DNA of 64,000 nucleotides from an uncultured delta proteobacterium (GTDB lineage: Bacteria; Desulfobacterota; Desulfobacteria; Desulfobacterales; JAHEIW01), in contig CAVPNL010000018.1 of the NCBI GenBank assembly GCA_963706575.1, forward strand, positions 64,001 to 128,000, given 5' to 3'. Positions 53,393 to 63,718 of the stretch are shown here, piece by piece. Made by a program: the position numbers and the translations under genes. The notes under the pieces are model-generated. The model was given only the letters and a program-made list of their open reading frames with translations, was not told where the DNA came from and made no database searches. Within the stretch, counting starts at the first letter, position 1. The number at the start of each line of letters is the position of its first letter.

Positions 53393-53719
53393 CTACCGAC
53401 CTCCTAAAAGGTGCAGATGCAGATGAAATATCAACTGCCCCCCGCCCTTTTCCACATTATACAGCAGCTTATAACCGGATTTGGCAACACCCTGTTCCTT
53501 GGCCATTTCTTTGGCCACCAGAATTAATTCGGCCAGAATATCCCGATCTGCTTCGGTAATATCGTTGACACTGCGGATATGCTTTTTGGGAACCAGCAGC
53601 AGGTGAACCGGCGCATGCGGATTGATATCTTTAAATACCACCAGTGTATCGTTTTGGTATAAAAACTCTGTTTCCGTTTGACCCCGGACGATCTGACAGA
53701 AAATACAGCCCTTTTCCAT
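53393..53719 (-). CDS. hinT: Histidine triad nucleotide-binding protein
   Basis: CIFC, DINPHAPVH, GQLIFHLHLHLLGG. Confidence 0.9.
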   Translation of the reverse strand: MEKGCIFCQIVRGQTETEFLYQNDTLVVFKDINPHAPVHLLLVPKKHIRSVNDITEADRDILAELILVAKEMAKEQGVAKSGYKLLYNVEKGGGQLIFHLHLHLLGGR

Positions 53720-54078
53720 TCTCGAACAACCTCCTCTTCAACGCTCATCCTGTTTGCGAATTACCCTTATTGTTTTAAGAATCTGTAATCTAAACGGAAT
53801 ATTCAGCTTCTGTCAAGCCGATGCGATCTGAAAAGGAATTATGTCCATTTTATATTATGGCTCACGCAAAGCCGCTAAGCCGCAAAGAATGATAATCTAA
53901 ACAAAAAAAACAGGCAACAGGCTTGAAATCATAGACATGAAATGATAATTAAATGCCCTTTTGACCGCAAAACAGAAACATTGATCAGCGTGCGCAAAGC
54001 TTTTGATTTAACCGGAACCGACCTGTTTGATGTCATGGTGATATGGTGATATAGCGAAACAATGGGTAAGGAGATACT

Positions 54079-56196
54079 ATGATCGAGGGTGTTATTTTTA
54101 TGCTCGGTTTGGGAATTGTCTGTGCGGCGATATTAACAGCGGCATCCCGAATCTTTTATGTATATGAGGATCCGCGTATTACCAGGGTGGAGGCCTGTTT
54201 TGCTGGAGCCAATTGCGGTGGATGCGGCTATACCGGGTGTTCGGCTGCAGCAGTAGCGGTTGTGGCCGGCGAAGCCGACCCCAGTGTTTGCATCGTCGGC
54301 GGTGCAGAATCGGCGACCAAGGCGGCCGAAGTCATGGGTGTCGAAGTCGGCCTGGCCGAGTCGCCTAAATCATTTAATCCCTGCAGCGGCGGCCTGCGAG
54401 CTGCCGATAAATATGTTTACCTGGGCGTCAACACCTGCAGAGCACAGGCGGCCATGTCCGGTGGCCAGCGGGCCTGTGCCGTTGGATGCATCGGGCTTGG
54501 AGACTGTGTCAGTGCCTGTCAATTCGATGCCATAAAAATGGGCCGCGAAGGGTACCCGGTAGTGGATGAAGAAAAATGTGTCGGGTGCGGTGTCTGTGAA
54601 ACGGTTTGCCCCAAGTATGTCATGAAGGTCAAAACCATGTCCGAACGTCTGATGCATTTCAATTGCAGTGATGATCGCCTGGCGCCCTGCCGTCAGACCT
54701 GCCCGGCTGAAATTGATATCCCCCAGTACGTCGCTCAGATCCGCGCGGGCGATTACGAAGGCGCTGTCAACACCATCCGGGAGCGCAATCCTTTCCTGCT
54801 TTCCTGCGGCCGCGTCTGTCCGCACCCCTGTGAGACGAACTGTCGCCGCGGAATCGAAGATGAGCCGGTGTCCATCAATCAACTGAAACGCTTTGTTGCC
54901 GATTATGAGATGAATTCCGGAGAACGCCTGCCGATAGCGACGGCACCGCAAACCCGCAAACGCATCGCGGTTATCGGCGGCGGGCCGGCCGGATTGACCT
55001 GTGCCTATTTCCTGAGGCGACTGGGCCATCAGGTCAATATTTTTGAGGCCATGCCGAAATTGGGGGGCATGCTGCGCTATGGCATCCCTGAGTACCGCCT
55101 GCCAAAAGAAGTGCTGGACTGGGAAATCCAGAGCATTCTGGATCTGGGCGTCGATTTTCACACCAACGTCAAATTCGGCCATGATTTTGACTTGAGCTCA
55201 CTGGTCGCATCCGGATTCGACGCCATCTTCATGGGCATCGGGGCATGGAAAGATGCCAGCCTGCGCGTAGAGGGGGAAGATCTCAAAGGCTGCTACACCG
55301 GAATTGATTTTCTGTCCCGGCTGGCCGGTGGAGAAACCTTTTCACTCGGCCGCACGGCCGCAGTTATCGGCGGCGGCAACACCGCCATAGACTGTACCCG
55401 CAATCTGATTCGCCTGGGGGTGGAGAAGGTGTATATTGTTTACCGCCGCACCCGCGGGGAAATGCCCGCCAATGAGGTCGAAATCGATGCGGCTGAGCAC
55501 GAAGGCGTTGAATTTTTGTTTCTGGCGGCCCCCTTACAGGTTAAAGGCGATGATGACGGCACTGTCACCCATCTGGAGTATCTAAAAATGGAGCTGGGGG
55601 AACCGGATGCCAGCGGGCGACGCCGGCCGGTTCCCATCGAAGGTTCTGAAACGCTGCTTGAAACCGACGTGGTCATTACCGCCATCGGCCAATCCCCTGA
55701 TGTTTCCTTTACCGAGCGATCGAAAAAACGTCTGGCGGAGCTGAATACCACGCGTTGGAATACGATCGATGTAGATCCGGCAACACTGCAGTCCAACATT
55801 CCGTACCTGTTTGCCGCCGGCGATGCTGCCACCGGACCTTCTTTGGTGGTCGAAGCCATTGGCGGCGGACGACGGGCCGCCCGCTCGATCCACCAATATA
55901 TTATGGGACAACAAGTGAGTGCCCAGACAAGAGAATTAGGCAAGGACTTGATCGCTGAAACGATATTTGATCAGGTGGATGGGGTCATCAAAAATACCAG
56001 AGCACCGATGCCGGAATTGGCGGTTGAAGAACGGATATATTCATTTATTGAGGTAGATCAGGCACTTACAGAGGATTCCGCCAGGGGTGAAAGCAACCGC
56101 TGTCTGTCCTGCTGCCTGACCTGTTATAACCCGGACACGGCTGCAAACACTGCAGCAAGCATCAAAGATAAGGGCACGGAAAGTGAAGTAGCGTAA
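54079..56196 (+). CDS. rnfB: RnfB N-terminal/ferredoxin module fused to a GltD/NfnB-like FAD-NAD(P) oxidoreductase
   Basis: TM plus GANCGGCGYTGC, two ferredoxin motifs, then APCRQTCP, CGRVCPHPCE, IGGGPAG, IGGGNTAID, FAAGD. Confidence 0.85.
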   Translation: MIEGVIFMLGLGIVCAAILTAASRIFYVYEDPRITRVEACFAGANCGGCGYTGCSAAAVAVVAGEADPSVCIVGGAESATKAAEVMGVEVGLAESPKSFNPCSGGLRAADKYVYLGVNTCRAQAAMSGGQRACAVGCIGLGDCVSACQFDAIKMGREGYPVVDEEKCVGCGVCETVCPKYVMKVKTMSERLMHFNCSDDRLAPCRQTCPAEIDIPQYVAQIRAGDYEGAVNTIRERNPFLLSCGRVCPHPCETNCRRGIEDEPVSINQLKRFVADYEMNSGERLPIATAPQTRKRIAVIGGGPAGLTCAYFLRRLGHQVNIFEAMPKLGGMLRYGIPEYRLPKEVLDWEIQSILDLGVDFHTNVKFGHDFDLSSLVASGFDAIFMGIGAWKDASLRVEGEDLKGCYTGIDFLSRLAGGETFSLGRTAAVIGGGNTAIDCTRNLIRLGVEKVYIVYRRTRGEMPANEVEIDAAEHEGVEFLFLAAPLQVKGDDDGTVTHLEYLKMELGEPDASGRRRPVPIEGSETLLETDVVITAIGQSPDVSFTERSKKRLAELNTTRWNTIDVDPATLQSNIPYLFAAGDAATGPSLVVEAIGGGRRAARSIHQYIMGQQVSAQTRELGKDLIAETIFDQVDGVIKNTRAPMPELAVEERIYSFIEVDQALTEDSARGESNRCLSCCLTCYNPDTAANTAASIKDKGTESEVA

Positions 56197-56290
56197 ATCA
56201 ATTGCGGATTGCAGATTGTAATACCGCATAAGCTATGATTTTAAAATCCGAAATCCGCAATCCAAAATCCAAAATCAGAGGGAGGACCTC

Positions 56291-57037
56291 ATGGGTGGTC
56301 TGGATTTTTTAGAGAAGGTCGACATCTTCAAGGGGCTCAATAAAGACCAGTTGAAGGCGGTCAATAAAGGCGGGCGGGAAAAACAATACCTTTATGGGGA
56401 CAGATTGTTTGCCGAAGGTGAAAATGCCGACCGCATCTGGCTGGTAATCGACGGGCAGGTCGACCTGAGATTTGATTTGCCGGGGCGCCCCACATCCGAA
56501 GAGAATACCATATTTTCGATTACCGCCCTCCAAACTTTAGGTTGGTCAAGCTTTGTGCCACCCTTCAAATATGCGCTTTCCGCTTACAGTGCCACCAAAA
56601 GCTGCAAAATCCTGCAGATCAACAAAGATCATCTTCTGGAATGTTTTGAAAAAGATTCCCGTATGGGGTTGAAGTTTATGACCAATGTGGCGGAAATTAC
56701 CAGCGGCCATTTTGATCGATTACAGAAATCCGCAACCGTTTCGCCGGTGGCTAAGGTCAAAATTACCGTTCATATGTCAACCTGTGGAATTGCTGCCGGT
56801 GCCCGTCAGGTGATGAGTGCACTGGTGGAAGAAATTTCCCGCTCGGACCGGCCGGATATCGAGGTTGCCAGTTCAGGGTGCATCGGTCATTGTAAAGACG
56901 AACCCAACATTACAGTCGAAATTGGCGGCGGTGATCCGGTGATTTATCAAAAAATGACTCCCGACAAAATGCGGCAGGTATTTCAAAAGCATATTCTGGG
57001 AGGCAATGTGCAGACCGAGTTTGTACTAGTCCAATAA
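56291..57037 (+). CDS. cNMP-binding domain fused to a thioredoxin-like [2Fe-2S] ferredoxin domain
   Basis: LFAEGE...VIDGQV...LGWSSF; C-terminal VHMSTCGIAAGA...SGCIGHCKDEP. Confidence 0.8.
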   Translation: MGGLDFLEKVDIFKGLNKDQLKAVNKGGREKQYLYGDRLFAEGENADRIWLVIDGQVDLRFDLPGRPTSEENTIFSITALQTLGWSSFVPPFKYALSAYSATKSCKILQINKDHLLECFEKDSRMGLKFMTNVAEITSGHFDRLQKSATVSPVAKVKITVHMSTCGIAAGARQVMSALVEEISRSDRPDIEVASSGCIGHCKDEPNITVEIGGGDPVIYQKMTPDKMRQVFQKHILGGNVQTEFVLVQ

Positions 57038-57051
57038 CAAAGGGGGCTCTC

Positions 57052-57534
57052 ATGATCAGTCTCGATTTTCTGGAAAATGTCGAAGCGTTTAGCGACCTGG
57101 ATGACGATCAATTAACGGCGATACAAAGCTGTTGTGAAATCGCTGAATTTAAGCGCGGAGTAGAGATCTTTGCTGCCGGAGAAACCCCTGAATATTTTTG
57201 GGTTGTGCTTGAAGGACAGGTAAATTTGACCTGGGATGCGATGGAAGGTCCAGCTTTGGCGGAAAACACCATCACGACCCTGTCGGAGGGGATGCCTTTT
57301 GGCTGGTCAAGTCTGGTGCCACCCTATAAATATCACCTTTCAGCCCATAGCGCTTCGCGCAATTGCAAAACCGTCAGGATTCCAAAGGGCCGCCTCCTGC
57401 AACTGTTCGAAGATGACGCCCAACTGGGCTATAAAGTCATGTCAAAAGTGATGATTGTCGCCGGAAAACGCTTTCATCTGCTCCAGGATGAAGTTGCCAG
57501 GCGCAGAGGGCATGATATTATCAATCGGTGGTAG
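57052..57534 (+). CDS. Stand-alone cNMP-binding domain protein
   Basis: IFAAGE, VLEGQV, PFGWSSL; paralogous to the upstream gene. Confidence 0.82.
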   Translation: MISLDFLENVEAFSDLDDDQLTAIQSCCEIAEFKRGVEIFAAGETPEYFWVVLEGQVNLTWDAMEGPALAENTITTLSEGMPFGWSSLVPPYKYHLSAHSASRNCKTVRIPKGRLLQLFEDDAQLGYKVMSKVMIVAGKRFHLLQDEVARRRGHDIINRW

Positions 57535-57681
57535 CCACTATAAGTATTTAAAAATTTTATAATAAACTTTGTTAACTCTTTACCAAAAATACCTTGAAAC
57601 CTGAACCACATTATGGTAGTCGGTGCATGGTTTTTTCAGGCATGAATTTGACAGGCAACGCAAACGAGATACGGAAATAAA

Positions 57682-58134
57682 ATGTTCTCAAAAAAAGAAT
57701 TGAAGCTGGCATATGGAGTGGCCGTCTGCTTGTTGGTCATCGGCGCTATCAGTTACGCCGCCTTTCCCTTAAAGGCACCCGAAGAGCCGCTGCGCTTAAT
57801 GTACACTGTTGCGGCAGGCAACGTGCTGTTTAATCACCAAATACACACTACCGAGGAAGGTTACGGCATGTCGTGTTTTGATTGCCATCACCACCCTGAA
57901 GACGACGAGTCTTCGCTGATGGCCTGCGGTGCCTGCCATCTGACACCGGCAGCAGCAAAAAAAGCAGAAGAAAAAGGAAAGGTCAATCAAACATGCCTGG
58001 ACTGTCATGATCAATCTGAAATTGAAGATTCAGAAAGGGTCACCCGAGGCGACGCCTTCCATCTCCAGTGTATCAACTGCCACAAGGACTTTGAAGCCGG
58101 ACCGATTGAGTGCACGGGCTGCCATGCATTGTAG
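57682..58134 (+). CDS. Membrane-anchored multiheme cytochrome c (c3-like, five CxxCH)
   Basis: CFDCH, CGACH, CLDCH, CINCH, CTGCH; VLFNH motif; N-terminal TM. Confidence 0.88.
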   Translation: MFSKKELKLAYGVAVCLLVIGAISYAAFPLKAPEEPLRLMYTVAAGNVLFNHQIHTTEEGYGMSCFDCHHHPEDDESSLMACGACHLTPAAAKKAEEKGKVNQTCLDCHDQSEIEDSERVTRGDAFHLQCINCHKDFEAGPIECTGCHAL

Positions 58135-58202
58135 AATGTAATTTTGGAGATAATCAAAACACGATCGACTGCTGTATCTGACATACCGAAAAAGGTTGAA
58201 TC

Positions 58203-59486
58203 ATGATCAAAAAAGCATTTTGGGGTTTATCAACTCCACAGATTAATTATGAAATGCTTCCTGTTCACCTCCCGGAGACAGAGAAGATTCCGACCCCGCA
58301 GCGCATCACCCTATTCCATCCAAAAAATGATGCCCTTAACGTACCATCGGCATTGGGGGTCGGTGATCCGGTAAAGACCGGCGAGAAATTGTCTCTCTAT
58401 GCGGATCAAAACGATTATGTGATTTCACCGGTTACCGGTAAGATCGCCGCCCTTTCGCCATACACCGGTGATTTCGGAAAAAGCTATATTGCCATCACCA
58501 TTGCGCCTGACGGCAACGAAATTATCGACGATACATTCCAACAGCAGATTCAAAATCCAACCATGGAGCTGTTGTCCGAGTATCTGACCGGCGCACCGGG
58601 CAATCCGCCTTTGAGCCTGCTAGCAGATTCCAACGGCGGCATTAACACCATTATCATCCGCGGCCTGGATCCGGATCCGACGGTGGCAACCAGCCAGTAC
58701 ATCGCTCAATCCCGGTTTAATGACCTCAAAAAAGGGATCCAAATTTTAAAAGAGGTTGCCGATGTGCGCGACATTATTCTGATCACCGCCGGTGAGTCTG
58801 TACAGGGCTACGGGCACATCGGGGCACAGGTTAAAGGCGTAAAAACCACTTATCCGTCCGCCCTGCCCCATATGGTGATGAAAGACGTTCTGGGCCGGGT
58901 GGTGCCGGCCGGTAAAACCTGTGAAGATTTGGGCGTGTGCTTTTTCACGGCCGAGGCGGTGATATCCATCGGCAGCGCCTTTGAATCCGGGCAGTTACCG
59001 ACATCCAAGACATTAACTTTTATCAAAAAGGACGGGACCCAAAAAATCATAGAGGCCAGCATCGGCACTCCCATCGTAGATATCCTGGAAGCCTATGGTG
59101 AAACCATAAACGAATTTGACCGCATTATTTTGGGCGGCCCCATGACCGGATCGGCCGTTTATGCGCTGGAGCATCCGGTCCGGCCGGATACGGATTCCAT
59201 CATCGTGGTAGATCGGGATAAGGCCGCGTATGCATCCGATTACCCCTGCACAAACTGTGGTGAATGTATACGAACCTGCCCGGCAAAAATTCAGGTGAGC
59301 ATGCTGGTGCGATTTCTTGAAGCAAACCATTATGAGGAGGCAGCGGACAGTTACGATTTGCACTCGTGTATTGAATGTGGCCTGTGCAGCTACGTATGCG
59401 TGTCCATGATACCGATCTTCCAATATATCAAGTTGGCAAAATACGAGTTGGAGCGCGCTAAAACTCCGGAGGCAGCAGATGCTTGA
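58203..59486 (+). CDS. rnfC: RnfC-like subunit
   Basis: VGDPVKTGE, SPVTGKI, IGTP, GGPMTG, CTNCGECIRTCP, CIECGLCSYVC. Confidence 0.85.
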   Translation: MIKKAFWGLSTPQINYEMLPVHLPETEKIPTPQRITLFHPKNDALNVPSALGVGDPVKTGEKLSLYADQNDYVISPVTGKIAALSPYTGDFGKSYIAITIAPDGNEIIDDTFQQQIQNPTMELLSEYLTGAPGNPPLSLLADSNGGINTIIIRGLDPDPTVATSQYIAQSRFNDLKKGIQILKEVADVRDIILITAGESVQGYGHIGAQVKGVKTTYPSALPHMVMKDVLGRVVPAGKTCEDLGVCFFTAEAVISIGSAFESGQLPTSKTLTFIKKDGTQKIIEASIGTPIVDILEAYGETINEFDRIILGGPMTGSAVYALEHPVRPDTDSIIVVDRDKAAYASDYPCTNCGECIRTCPAKIQVSMLVRFLEANHYEEAADSYDLHSCIECGLCSYVCVSMIPIFQYIKLAKYELERAKTPEAADA

Positions 59487-60475
59487 GAAAAGAGATGTGC
59501 TTGAGCAGCAAACACCCCTTGCACAGAAAAAACTGATTGTTTCCCACGCACCGTTCTATCACAGCGGGCACAGGGTAACCGAACGCAGCTATCACATCAT
59601 GCTGGCGGCCCTGCCGGCACTTTTGATGGGTTTTTATCATTACGGCATGCCGGCCTTCAGCGTGGTCTGTCTGTCGATTTCCACCGCCATTATCTGGGAA
59701 CTGCTCTTCAACCTGGTGGCTAAAAGAACCATCACCATCGGTGACGGAAATGCCGCGGTGCTCGGGCTGCTGTTTGCCATGCTCGTTCCGGCCACTATGC
59801 CCTGGTGGGCGGTGATCACCGGAACCTTTCTGGTCATCGTTATCGGCAAACAGATATTCGGCGGCATCGGCAGCAATGCTTTTCACCCGGTGGCGCTGGC
59901 CATTGCCATGATGCTGCTGTCCTGGAATCATCTCTTCGACTTTGACGCCGCACTGTTAAATTACGACCTCGAGTTTGCCACGATTTATCCATTGGCTTCC
60001 GCAAAGTATTTTGGTGCCGCCTCGGTTGAGGCATTCAAATTGACCGATCTTCTAATGGGCCGGCAGCTCGGCGGCATCGGCTCGACCTTCGGTCTGGGGC
60101 TTTTGATCGGCGGGATTTATCTCATGCTGAGGGGGTTTATCCGCTGGGAAATATGCGCTCACGTTTCTGGCCGGAATATATTTGGCCGCATTTGTGTTTA
60201 ACCTGTTCGATCCGGCCCGATTTGCGCCTCCGGCCTTTCACCTGTTAACCGGCTATACCCTCATCGGCGCTTTTTTTCTGGCCACCGAGGATTCATCCTC
60301 ACCGGTAAATTTCGTATCTATGCTCATTTACGGAGCTGCCGGCGGAATCATGACCGTGCTGATCCGCAATATCGGTGCCTGGGTTGACGGCGTCATTTTA
60401 GCCATCCTGGTGATCAACCTGATTAGCCCGCTGCTGGATAAAATCAGACCCGAAGCGCTCGGAAAGGTTGGATAA
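59479..60475 (+). CDS. rnfD: RnfD subunit (frameshift near 60155)
   Basis: KQIFGGIGSNAFHP, GAFFLATE, DGVILAILVIN. Confidence 0.85.
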
Positions 60476-60476
60476 T

Positions 60477-61074
60477 ATGCGTGAAATGATAAAAATGCTG
60501 GTTGTTCTTACAATTCTGGCCACCTTATCCGGAGGGCTGCTGGCGGCCATCCGCGACAACACCAAAGACCGCATTGAAAACCAGGTTCTCGAATTTGTAC
60601 AAAGGTCCGGCCATTGAATCCATACTAAAAGGGGCGACTAATGAACCCATCGTTGACCGCTTTCAAATAAAAGACGGTGATGTGGAGCGCACCTTTTTTG
60701 TGGGTGTTATGGATGGGGAACCGCGCGCCGTTGCTTTCGAGACATTCGGTAAAGGTGGCTATGGCGGTGATGTGGGGCTGATGGTCGGTATTAATATCAA
60801 AGACGACAAGCTGTTAGGGGTCGGGGTGACCACCCACGCCGAAACACCGGGCATGGGCGCCAAGGCCAAAACCGATCCGAGTTTTGTGGCCCAATTCAAA
60901 GATCTGCCGTTAGCGGAGCCGGTTAACGTCACCGGAGACGGCGGCACCATCAATGCCATCAGTGGCGCCACCCTGACATCACGGGCGGTATGTTCGGCAA
61001 CGAATGATGCCGCAAAAATATTTGAAAAACTAAAACCCCAGCTCACCGACAAGCTGAAAGAATTCAATAAATAG
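60477..61074 (+). CDS. rnfG: RnfG subunit (frameshift near 60600)
   Basis: TM MLVVLTILATLSGGLLA; GYGG, ETPGMG, ISGATLTSRAV FMN motif. Confidence 0.88.
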
Positions 61075-61084
61075 GGAGAGATGG

Positions 61085-61690
61085 ATGGCCCGATCAATTG
61101 TACAGGAATTTACCAAAGGCTTATGGGATGAAATTCCGCCATTTCGTTTGGTACTGGGCCTGTGTCCGGTTCTGGCGGTAACCAAGTCCGTGGAAAACGG
61201 AATCGGAATGGGCGTTGCCACTACCTTTGTGCTGGTGTGTTCCAATGTGCTGGTCTCATCCCTGCGCAAAGTCATCCCGGCAAAGGTCAGAATCGCCTGC
61301 TATATCATCATTATCGCCACCTTTGTGACGGTTGTGGAACTGGTGATGCAGGCCTTTACCTATCCGCTCTTCCTTAAACTGGGAATTTTTATTCCGCTCA
61401 TTGTCGTCAACTGTATTGTGCTGGGCCGTTCGGAAGCCTTTGCCTCCAAAAACGGCATATTTCGATCCCTGCTGGATGGACTGGGCATCGGTATCGGGTT
61501 TACCCTGTCTCTCAGCGCCCTGGCGGCCGTGCGCGAGCTGATCGGAACCGGCGATTTGACGATCTGGGAAAAACCGATCCAGGTTTTCGGGCCTTCATAC
61601 CAACCGTTTTCATTTATGGTCGAAGCGCCCGGCGCTTTTGTCGCCCTGGGTTTGATGCTTTGTTTGATGAATCTGGTGGGTAAAAAATAG
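61085..61690 (+). CDS. rnfE: RnfE subunit
   Basis: LGLCPVLAVT, FIPLIVVNCIVLGRSEAFA. Confidence 0.93.
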   Translation: MARSIVQEFTKGLWDEIPPFRLVLGLCPVLAVTKSVENGIGMGVATTFVLVCSNVLVSSLRKVIPAKVRIACYIIIIATFVTVVELVMQAFTYPLFLKLGIFIPLIVVNCIVLGRSEAFASKNGIFRSLLDGLGIGIGFTLSLSALAAVRELIGTGDLTIWEKPIQVFGPSYQPFSFMVEAPGAFVALGLMLCLMNLVGKK

Positions 61691-61700
61691 GAGTTCATAT

Positions 61701-62276
61701 ATGGGCGATTTAATCGTTCTGGCAATCAGCTGCATCCTGATAAACAATATTCTGCTGGCCCAGTATCTGGGCAACTGCCCCTTTCTGGGAACATCCAAGA
61801 AAATGGAAACCGCCATCGGCATGGCCATGGCGGTCGTCTTTGTGCTGGTGATGGCCGGGGTGATTACCTGGATTACAAACACCTATTTTCTGAAGAAACT
61901 GGGTCTTGAATATCTGCGCACCGTGGCCTTTATCCTGGTCATTGCCTCCCTGGTGCAGTTTGTGGAGATGTTTCTTAAAAAGAGCATCCCGGCCCTGTAT
62001 GCCGGCCTCGGCATCTTCCTGCCGCTGATTACAACCAACTGTGCGGTCATGGGCGTCTGTCTGATCAACGTCAACGAAGAATACAATTTTCTGCAGGCGC
62101 TGGTGGCTTCCTTCGGCTATGCCGTCGGATTCGGCCTGGCATTGATTCTGTTTGCCGGTGTTCGCGAACGCATTCTTATCGCCCGGGTCCCCCGGCCGCT
62201 GCAGGACACCTCCATCGCCCTGGTTACCGCCGGAATCCTGTCGCTCACCTTTATGGCTTTCAAGGGGATGGTATAA
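61701..62276 (+). CDS. rnfA: RnfA subunit
   Basis: NNILLAQYLGNCPFLG, LGIFLPLITTNCAVMG. Confidence 0.93.
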   Translation: MGDLIVLAISCILINNILLAQYLGNCPFLGTSKKMETAIGMAMAVVFVLVMAGVITWITNTYFLKKLGLEYLRTVAFILVIASLVQFVEMFLKKSIPALYAGLGIFLPLITTNCAVMGVCLINVNEEYNFLQALVASFGYAVGFGLALILFAGVRERILIARVPRPLQDTSIALVTAGILSLTFMAFKGMV

Positions 62277-62301
62277 TCGTTCAGGGTTCAAAGGTTCAAG
62301 G

Positions 62302-62400
62302 TTTTGTTCGATAGCAAGGCGCAATCCGATTCGAAAGCGGAGCGCACACGATAGTACGTGAGCATTTTGAATCGGATTGCAACGCAGCTATCGGGCAAAA
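62302..62400. repeat. REP-like palindrome between convergent genes
   Basis: TTTTGTTCGATAGC..GCAATCCGATTC ... GAATCGGATTGC..GCTATCGGGCAAAA. Confidence 0.6.
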
Positions 62401-62422
62401 GATGGTGCTTTAATTCCAGTTT

Positions 62423-63493
62423 TTAAATATCATAGAGGTAGTGACACACATTACATCCCCCGGGCGGCGGAGGCATGGCTTCCCGCGCTTCTTTCATGAC
62501 CTTTGCGCGATTCCCGCCGCCTCCTCCGAGCAAACCATTCATGATGATCTTATCGTGCTTTTCAACTCTTTGCTGGAATTTGCCCCGGTATAATTGACAG
62601 GTCTCCGCTTCCCATAAATCCATCAGATCCTCGCCCGGGAGTCTACCGTAGTGAACCGACGGCATGGCCACCTCTTGCCCCAGGAACGTCGTCGGTCCCC
62701 CCAGCGCCAGATTAATACAGGGGGCCACGGTGCCGTCATACCGGATAAACAGGGAATCCCGCGGGTCCTGCTCGCACACGGCCAACTCCTGCGGAGTAAA
62801 CGCAAATGCGGTGGTCTCGACCTTTAATTTTTTTGCCAGGCGTCGTACTTTTCCCAAGGATTTCTGCAGCCGGCGAATTTCCCTGGATTCCTCGGAAGCA
62901 AAAAGTCCGAAGCCTTTGCCCGCTTCACCACGGATCACGTCGCATTGTTTGAAGTTCACCTGGTCCACGCCCAACCTCGCAGCCAGTTGCACGATATCTT
63001 CCATCTGATGGGAATTTATGTCCATCAGAACAAAATTGATCATGGTTTTGGGGATATTGCCGGTTCGCAGCCTGGCGATATTGGCCACATTTTCACAGAC
63101 CCGATCAAAATTGGATCCGACCCGAATTTTATTGTACATTTCCGCGTCGGCGCCATCCATGGAGATACACATCCAGTTAATGCCGGCATCCAGGATTTTT
63201 TTTAGTTTTTCTTCGGCAAGCAGCAGCCCGTTGGACAAAAAGCCGGTTTCACAGCCGGCCCTTGAGGCATCTGCGATCCACTCCACCAATTGAGGCTGAA
63301 GCAGGGGTTCTCCGCCGCCGGTAAAATCAACCGATTGCACCCGGTCCAGATAAGGACGGATCGCCTGCCAGACCGCCTCGGTCATAATACCGCGGTTTTC
63401 TGCTTCTTTGGCCATCTCTCTCCAGGGGCACATGACGCACTTTAAATTGCAGGCAATCGCCGATTCCACCTGAAATAAGCGCCAGGGTCTCAT
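62423..63493 (-). CDS. Radical SAM protein with SPASM/twitch-like C-terminus
   Basis: CNLKCVMC, TGGGEPLL, C...FIRYDGTVAPC, CNVC. Confidence 0.85.
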   Translation of the reverse strand: MRPWRLFQVESAIACNLKCVMCPWREMAKEAENRGIMTEAVWQAIRPYLDRVQSVDFTGGGEPLLQPQLVEWIADASRAGCETGFLSNGLLLAEEKLKKILDAGINWMCISMDGADAEMYNKIRVGSNFDRVCENVANIARLRTGNIPKTMINFVLMDINSHQMEDIVQLAARLGVDQVNFKQCDVIRGEAGKGFGLFASEESREIRRLQKSLGKVRRLAKKLKVETTAFAFTPQELAVCEQDPRDSLFIRYDGTVAPCINLALGGPTTFLGQEVAMPSVHYGRLPGEDLMDLWEAETCQLYRGKFQQRVEKHDKIIMNGLLGGGGGNRAKVMKEAREAMPPPPGGCNVCHYLYDI

Positions 63494-63643
63494 TTTTAAT
63501 GATTTTTTTCCGATCACCTGGTCCCGCAACGATGTCAGGAGCCGGTCCACATAGCGCGGCAGGAGTTTGGCCAAAGCAGACCCCAATCCCCCGCTGGCAC
63601 CGGTTAGCAGAACATGTTTATCTTTAAAAGAATAAGTCCCCAT
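63494..63643 (-). pseudogene. Collapsed SDR gene remnant, in frame with the radical SAM gene
   Basis: KHVLLTGASGGLGSALAK (Rossmann start) followed at once by LLPRYVDRLL (SDR C-terminus-like). Confidence 0.55.
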
Positions 63644-63718
63644 GATCGGATTGCCCGATTATATTAAGATGTCTTAATCATCCTTATTTTGAAAGCAAGC
63701 CAAACTTTTCGTCCGATG

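Noticed and set aside
59479..61074. rnfD and rnfG as true pseudogenes
   Set aside because: Single indels with intact motifs on both sides fit the window-wide error pattern.
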